Assembly: GCA_965228855.1 (NCBI GenBank)
Contig: CBDDIJ010000003.1
Location: forward strand, 1,088,001 to 1,152,000
DNA length: 64,000 nt
Origin: Candidatus Obscuribacterales bacterium
GTDB taxonomy: Bacteria > Cyanobacteriota > Vampirovibrionia > Obscuribacterales > Obscuribacteraceae
Reading direction: 5' to 3'
The translations under genes were made by a program, and so were the position numbers. The notes beneath the pieces were generated by a model. That model made no database searches and was not told the origin of the DNA. It was given only the letters and a program-made list of their open reading frames with translations. This document shows positions 58,647-64,000 of the stretch, in pieces. Every line of letters starts with the position of its first letter. Within the stretch, counting starts at the first letter, position 1.

Positions 58647-59600
58647 CTATTGAATTCTATTTCCCTGCCCGAAGCCATCTGCGATAGTCCTTGCCGTCAA
58701 AAATTCTTTTTGTGCTGCAAGTTTTTCGTACTCGTCGGAGTGATAGTATTCACCGAGAATCATTCCCCAACGTGCAACCAGTTTGTTTACCGTTCTCATA
58801 TCCGAGCGGGTGCTGTAAGAAAAATTCGGTTCGCTAGCTCTATGAAAGTCGCCGTAGGGGATTACTGTGAATGTCCATGTCTCTCCTGCTGCATCGGGAA
58901 GGTAGATGGCTGTATCCGGGTATGCGTAAGCAATACCGCGAAGAATTGCTGTCGTAGTGGAGTTTGCTTGCGCTGTTGGGAAATACTGGTCTGGTCCGGG
59001 ATTGATAGATTTGTCAATTTCCTCCTTATAGATTCCCTCTTTCGCGCATTTATTCAGCTGCTCCACAGCAGAATTTTTCCATTTGGTCAAACCGTCCCAG
59101 CCTTCGCTGGCCTCAAATGGAGGAACTCCTTTCAGCTTTGTTGTCTTTGACACACGTTCAAAACCTTTTAAGCTCTCGAAGAATCCATCAGCTTCACCGC
59201 CGAACTCAGCTTTCGGATCGTAAGAGATTCTTACGCCGTCCTTCATTGCTTCTTGATTGAAGTCTTCGATTCGCTTGATGTCTTCTTTTGACCAGTCGTA
59301 AAAGTTCAGGTCCGCTAAACCTCTTTCATCGGCAAGAAGTAGCACGATATTTGGATTAGTCAGATGGACGCCGAGCTTGGAGCCAAGAAGGGGATACCAC
59401 TTAGCGACCCTGGTTGAGGCTCGTTCGACGGCCGAGGTGACATCTGCTGGAATTCCATGTGGCGGAATCTTACGTTTTGTTTTTACGATCTGATTGTCTT
59501 GGGAGTGTGCGCTCAGACCGCAATTGTTGAAGCAGAGCGGGCCTGTGAGAAGAGCGACTGTAAAGATAGCCGCCACCGTGAGCTTTGATACTGGTTTCAT
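58647..59600 (-). CDS. Hypothetical secreted protein
   Basis: GGAG RBS before ATG 59600 and a signal-peptide-like N-terminus. Confidence 0.7.
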   Translation of the reverse strand: MKPVSKLTVAAIFTVALLTGPLCFNNCGLSAHSQDNQIVKTKRKIPPHGIPADVTSAVERASTRVAKWYPLLGSKLGVHLTNPNIVLLLADERGLADLNFYDWSKEDIKRIEDFNQEAMKDGVRISYDPKAEFGGEADGFFESLKGFERVSKTTKLKGVPPFEASEGWDGLTKWKNSAVEQLNKCAKEGIYKEEIDKSINPGPDQYFPTAQANSTTTAILRGIAYAYPDTAIYLPDAAGETWTFTVIPYGDFHRASEPNFSYSTRSDMRTVNKLVARWGMILGEYYHSDEYEKLAAQKEFLTARTIADGFGQGNRIQ

Positions 59601-59855
59601 TTTATTTCTCCGCGAAGTTTGGATGACAGATAGAAACAGCGTCTTCGCGCTCACGTTCTACATTGCTACATCCGTATCATTTTATTGTGACTTGTACTTC
59701 CGCCTATGCACTAAAAGCCGCCTATTGGACAGAGTAAAGAACGGAGTTGGTTCAATAACATCAGCAAACCCCATAGGTTTTATCTCAAAACCTATAGATC
59801 AACTTCGGCGATTCTTATCAAAATAGATGTATGCATCTAAGGCGAGGGACTACGA

Positions 59856-60344
59856 ATGGGATCCAGCGAGAACGATTGGCACGACGTGCCACCCACTAAG
59901 CCCAGTGCTGAGCACATGATACCTGGACTCTACGCGCTAGCTCGCTGCTGGTACGACCGCGGCGACTATGCACCTTCAGAGAAGATCTACCGATTAATAA
60001 TCAATATTGATGACAGAGTGAAGAACATCACCTGTCTGGAGATAGTTCTCAGTGCATACGATTTGGCGCGCCTTCTGACGGATACCGAGCGATACATGGA
60101 AGCGGAGCATATGTTCTTGCGAGCCATTAACAGATGCACGCATTGCCTGAGTCAGGATCACAAAATCTTTGCTTTGATTCTCCGCTCGTACGGCGAGTTA
60201 CTCAGGAAAATGAAACTCGAAAAGGAAGCTGTGGCGCTTGAGACACGCGCTGCAGATCTTGGCGCTTACGCAACTGTGGATCGGCAAAGTGATTCTTCGT
60301 ACACCGAATCTGATACCGCTGTAAGTAGTGCGACAATTGGATGA
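59856..60344 (+). CDS. TPR domain protein
   Basis: LAR..Y..G.Y..SE, Y.EAE..F.RA and L..Y..LLRK....EA..LE.RA helices; GAGGG RBS. Confidence 0.75.
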   Translation: MGSSENDWHDVPPTKPSAEHMIPGLYALARCWYDRGDYAPSEKIYRLIINIDDRVKNITCLEIVLSAYDLARLLTDTERYMEAEHMFLRAINRCTHCLSQDHKIFALILRSYGELLRKMKLEKEAVALETRAADLGAYATVDRQSDSSYTESDTAVSSATIG

Positions 60345-60404
60345 CCGATCGCGTTTTTTGCAGTAAGACCAAGTATCCGAAGATGAGTTTGTGAGGCTGT
60401 TTGG

Positions 60405-61160
60405 CTACTCAAGGGGAAGAAAAAACGACTCGCTGTCTAAAGGCGGATTGAGCTCTGCGCTTACAGTTACATGGGGATCTAGAAGGTTAGATGATAGCTC
60501 GAATCTATCGCCGGTCAAAAATCGCCCAACTGCATTCAAGTAGGTTGCTGGATTGATTGCGGGAGGCAGTTTTTCTCGAAGGTGTAGATCGCTCTGCTTC
60601 ACTAGCCCGGATTCTGAATTTATCCAGAGAGATACCTTCGTCATTTCCTTGCCCGTATAAACCACAAGATGGTGGCAATTCTCTCCATCCAAGTTCTTAT
60701 CCGCGAACTGAGCAACGCCTTTCACATTACACAGAAATCCTGACTCCTTTCTCATCAAAAGATGAAGTAGCCGCAGCTCCGCTCTGGGATTTGTTTGCTT
60801 CAGAGCCGACAAAAGTGACGAAAAGGTTCGCTGTGTCCTCGATTCACGGAAATACGTGCTATGCACTCCGACTTCGTTGGCGACGAAAGATGACGCTACT
60901 TTCGTCAACGGAACTCCGGGATTCATCGGCTTTAGTGACGGTATGTCAGAAACGAGCGTGCTGCTCACGTAAGCCCAGTGAGGCCTTATGAATTTTGTCT
61001 CGATCTCGAGGTAGGTGACTCCACGGAAATCGCCGATGATTGTTTCGCCGCCGCAAACACGAGTAACTTCCCTGAAGCTGTCGCATTCAGAATAAATTTT
61101 TAGTGTTCGTTCTAAAATTTCTTCTTTGGTCACTAGTGCGGCTCTAGGTGGTGGTGGCAC
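60405..61160 (-). CDS. Hypothetical LolA-like fold protein
   Basis: EILE.....Y....S, F.RP, E.LDG..C..L, LWI....GL and .LN..LD...F pattern. Confidence 0.55.
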   Translation of the reverse strand: MPPPPRAALVTKEEILERTLKIYSECDSFREVTRVCGGETIIGDFRGVTYLEIETKFIRPHWAYVSSTLVSDIPSLKPMNPGVPLTKVASSFVANEVGVHSTYFRESRTQRTFSSLLSALKQTNPRAELRLLHLLMRKESGFLCNVKGVAQFADKNLDGENCHHLVVYTGKEMTKVSLWINSESGLVKQSDLHLREKLPPAINPATYLNAVGRFLTGDRFELSSNLLDPHVTVSAELNPPLDSESFFLPLE

Positions 61161-61173
61161 CTGTGGTGCCTAT

Positions 61174-61626
61174 TTACTGTAGGTTTCTAGGTTCGAACAT
61201 TTGCGTGTCCATTTCTGCGTTAAACTCGGTGTCGTCTATAAAAATGTCGGAGGGCAGCTTGTGCCGATTTTTAATCATCTCAATACCACTGTCGAAGTGG
61301 AGAAATTCGACAGTTGATATCGACGCATCTTTTGCATCCGTTAGCTTTACTGCTTTCAGGACGGCACCATCTTCGTTTCCAACGGCTTCGGATAGTCGCC
61401 ATTTTTTCGTCTTGATCCTGTCCAGGATCACTAACTGCACGATGAGATTCGTTGTAAGTCGGTAGCAATGCGGTCTCTGAAAGAGATTTATCATCTCGTA
61501 GTAAGCGGTGATCTTCCCTCCCGGAAACCGTTTGGAAAGTAACGGCATGTGGGCAAATTCTCGCGCACTCAAGCAGCGCATGTAGCGCTCAAACGATTTC
61601 AGGAGTACCGTGCTGCCATTCGTCAT
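61174..61626 (-). CDS. Short paralog or remnant of the adjacent LolA-like protein
   Basis: Shares N-terminal L....Y..C.S.RE, F.RPH and C-terminal E.N...D...F.P with 60405-61160. Confidence 0.45.
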   Translation of the reverse strand: MTNGSTVLLKSFERYMRCLSAREFAHMPLLSKRFPGGKITAYYEMINLFQRPHCYRLTTNLIVQLVILDRIKTKKWRLSEAVGNEDGAVLKAVKLTDAKDASISTVEFLHFDSGIEMIKNRHKLPSDIFIDDTEFNAEMDTQMFEPRNLQ

Positions 61627-61759
61627 GGGGCAAAACCGGATGCTACTTCCTAATATTCAGCTTAGCATCGCTCAAGAGCACGTCAATCACCCGGCCGGGT
61701 AAAGAAATTTAGTCAAGTTAAACGCGACGAGAGGATGTCATTAATCCATACTTGTTGGG

Positions 61760-63241
61760 TTGTTTGCAAACTTCAAGAAACCCATGTTACTAAGAAACCC
61801 CATCTTTACTTCTGTCGCTGTAAGTTTATTCTGTTCCCAAGCTGTTATGGCACTCGACCTGCCAGACTCGGCCACGTCATCTACCAACGACAGCCCGGCT
61901 GATATTGCACCTGAGAGTGTTAACCTTCGTAGCGCGGTCAACTCTTCCGAACAACCGGGTGTCCCGGAATTCAGCAAAGAGTTTTCGACGTTGACCAAGG
62001 AGATTCTCCTTCGCGGGATTGAACTTGAGCGCTTTAGTTTGAATTACCGTTTGGAAGCCGGACAACAACCAAAGTTTCGTAAGCTCAGGTACTTTCTCAC
62101 TCAAGAGACAGGTGCGGCGTGTGGTCTGGCGTTTGAAATTACAGGTGTTAACGAGTTCGGCAAGGGGCGCGATAGACCTCTAGCGATTAATAAGCGCCAT
62201 CTCAAAAACGCGCTTGGTACTGCAACCACAGGTAGTATCATTGCCGGTGCCGGTTCATGTTTTGAGCTCAGTGCAAATGTCGTTCGCGAAATCAGTAACA
62301 AGAAAAAAGGTTACGACGCAAAATCGGCAAATCGATTTGTGTCAACGAAACTGCATGAGATCGACGAGTTGCTCGCAAAACGGGAACAGCTTGTTAATAC
62401 CCACTCCAGCGATCCTGCCTACGACAGACTTGTTCTGGAAGGAAAGGTCCTGCGTGCAATGCGGCAGTGTTTCGTCAATGAGTATTCTGCATTTCACACT
62501 AGCGTTCAATCGTTGAAGGTGATGCAAAATCTCTTTTACGCTTTGAATGCTACGTACAATGCCGTAGGCGCCACCGCAGCCGGTGTCGCCAGGAATGCTG
62601 TAGATAAGCCGAAGCTGAACGGACCGGCCAATATTTTGTTTATAATTAGCGGTGGGTTGGCGATGGCTACGCCGCTAATAACCACGGCAGGTGGATTTGT
62701 TGAACGAAGGATTGCGCAAAGAGCCGTTGAACGATCAGTTCATAGTACATCCTCGTTCAAGGCGGATGAGTTTTCTTCCTTGTGCGAGCAGTTAAAATCG
62801 ATTCCGAGTGTGGGCGATGCGACGCTAATCGCATCGCTTCCTGCGACACAACGATTCGCTATGTATAACGAGTCGAACAACTTATTCGTGAAGCAGATTC
62901 AGAATGAAACAAACACGATGGCACACCTCAATAAAGTCGCGTTGCAAACGGCAGAACTTGGTCCGGCTATCGGTTCGCTGCTGATGACTCAAGGTATTTT
63001 GGGCACACGAGGATATTACAAGTACACTTTTCGTCCGCGCAAGCAGATAGACCAGTACTACAAAGGTGCGATTCTCGGGACAATAGGAACGAGTGCAGCA
63101 GTGGTCGGTAACACTGCATGGCTACTCGCAAGTTGGAGCTATGAGAATAGGCTGAAGAAGAAGGAGCAATTACCCGAGCAGCTCATTCGCAAGCGCCTTC
63201 AGCACCTGGATGAAGTCGAAAAGCAAGTTCAGGCTATTTAG
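61760..63241 (+). CDS. Hypothetical exported/membrane helical protein
   Basis: 493 aa ORF with a signal-like N-terminus and several Gly/Ala-rich hydrophobic helices. Confidence 0.7.
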   Translation: MFANFKKPMLLRNPIFTSVAVSLFCSQAVMALDLPDSATSSTNDSPADIAPESVNLRSAVNSSEQPGVPEFSKEFSTLTKEILLRGIELERFSLNYRLEAGQQPKFRKLRYFLTQETGAACGLAFEITGVNEFGKGRDRPLAINKRHLKNALGTATTGSIIAGAGSCFELSANVVREISNKKKGYDAKSANRFVSTKLHEIDELLAKREQLVNTHSSDPAYDRLVLEGKVLRAMRQCFVNEYSAFHTSVQSLKVMQNLFYALNATYNAVGATAAGVARNAVDKPKLNGPANILFIISGGLAMATPLITTAGGFVERRIAQRAVERSVHSTSSFKADEFSSLCEQLKSIPSVGDATLIASLPATQRFAMYNESNNLFVKQIQNETNTMAHLNKVALQTAELGPAIGSLLMTQGILGTRGYYKYTFRPRKQIDQYYKGAILGTIGTSAAVVGNTAWLLASWSYENRLKKKEQLPEQLIRKRLQHLDEVEKQVQAI

Positions 63242-63296
63242 GCAATCTCGTTTCGAATCTGCGAATGTTTCCGCCAGTGCAAGCAATAAACTCATT

Positions 63297-64000
63297 TCAG
63301 ACCGGCGTTTCCTTGCGCTTTTCCGCCAATTTGACTTCAAGTTTTCTCGCGAGATCGTGATATTTGATCGCATCAAGACGCTGTGGGGTTCGTTCTAAAA
63401 TCTCTGCTCTAATTTGATAAGCCGATAAGAGTATCTCTTCATCCTGATCTTGATGTTTTTCCATAATTGCCAGTGCCTTCTTGCTTAAATCCAGGGCACG
63501 GTCAATGTCGAAAATCACACTGAGTTCTGAAACACTCAACATAGCAATTGCAGTCCAATAATCATCCGGACCAAATGTCTCTTGTCGAAGCTCAAGAGAG
63601 CAACACTGGAGTTCATAAGCCTTTTCAACCTGTCCGCATTGAAGCAAATACTCAGCGTATGAAATGTAGCAAGAATCCAAAACGTGTGGTGCTCTGCCTC
63701 TAATCAACTCGGCCGACTCAAGTGCCTGAACATAATATTTCTCAGCGCGCTGATCGTGTTGAGATGCGTATCCTTCCGCTAGTTTACGGATAAAGACGGG
63801 GAGCACGTCCTGAGCGGTTGTGCTGAAGTATTCCTTCTTTGATTGGACTATGCCCAGCACTCTAGTTGCTTCGTCAAGACGGTTTTGTTCCAAATAAAGA
63901 TTGAAAAGAATTCGAAAATAGTTCAGGAACGGCTCAACGAACTCATGCAGGATTTGCTCTGCTTGTGAAAAGCCTCCGAGAGCGAGTTGTTCTGCCTCCG
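63297..64000 (-). CDS. TPR protein (5' end beyond the right edge)
   Basis: The frame stays open from 63893 to the window end; TPR helices such as AEKYYVQALE and SLELRQETFGPDD. Confidence 0.75.
   Translation of the reverse strand, partial: EAEQLALGGFSQAEQILHEFVEPFLNYFRILFNLYLEQNRLDEATRVLGIVQSKKEYFSTTAQDVLPVFIRKLAEGYASQHDQRAEKYYVQALESAELIRGRAPHVLDSCYISYAEYLLQCGQVEKAYELQCCSLELRQETFGPDDYWTAIAMLSVSELSVIFDIDRALDLSKKALAIMEKHQDQDEEILLSAYQIRAEILERTPQRLDAIKYHDLARKLEVKLAEKRKETPV

Noticed and set aside
55740..59600. Toxin-immunity pair
   Set aside because: The genes are convergent rather than co-transcribed, and no toxin tip is recognisable.
1..64000. CRISPR arrays, tRNA, rRNA, prophage or integrase genes
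   Set aside because: No regularly spaced repeats, RNA gene signatures or phage hallmark proteins were seen by eye; tRNAscan, Rfam and CRISPR finders were not run.

Overview
This is bacterial chromosomal DNA of roughly 50% GC. The gene content (many kinesin-light-chain-type TPR proteins, a giant FHA-like exoprotein, DUF1574-like and Rpn/DUF4351 genes, no photosynthesis genes) suggests a non-photosynthetic cyanobacterial relative (Melainabacteria/Vampirovibrionia, Obscuribacterales-like); this assignment is inference only. The centrepiece (about 13.5-40 kb) is a two-gene iterative type I PKS / secondary-lipid synthase. PKS1 is ER*-ER-KS-AT-[Q/N-rich linker]-ACP-KR-DH and PKS2 is KS-AT-DH-PPTase; neither has a release domain. 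Around them lie four glycosyltransferases (one GT21 ceramide-glucosyltransferase-like), a GH3 acyl-amido ligase, an SGNH-like protein, an MFS exporter and an SRPBCC protein, making this a candidate uncharacterised glycolipid pathway. The window also holds an Rpn nuclease with an internal RBS+ATG (RpnS antitoxin-like), a mycobacterial Sdh1-type succinate dehydrogenase operon, ovoA, chdC/hemQ, a HEAT-REC-TPR regulator beside an HPt gene, a LysM/repeat/papain-like protein and a triple-repeat beta-sandwich protein. No rRNA, tRNA or CRISPR array was seen. All calls come from reading motifs by eye; no database searches were run.
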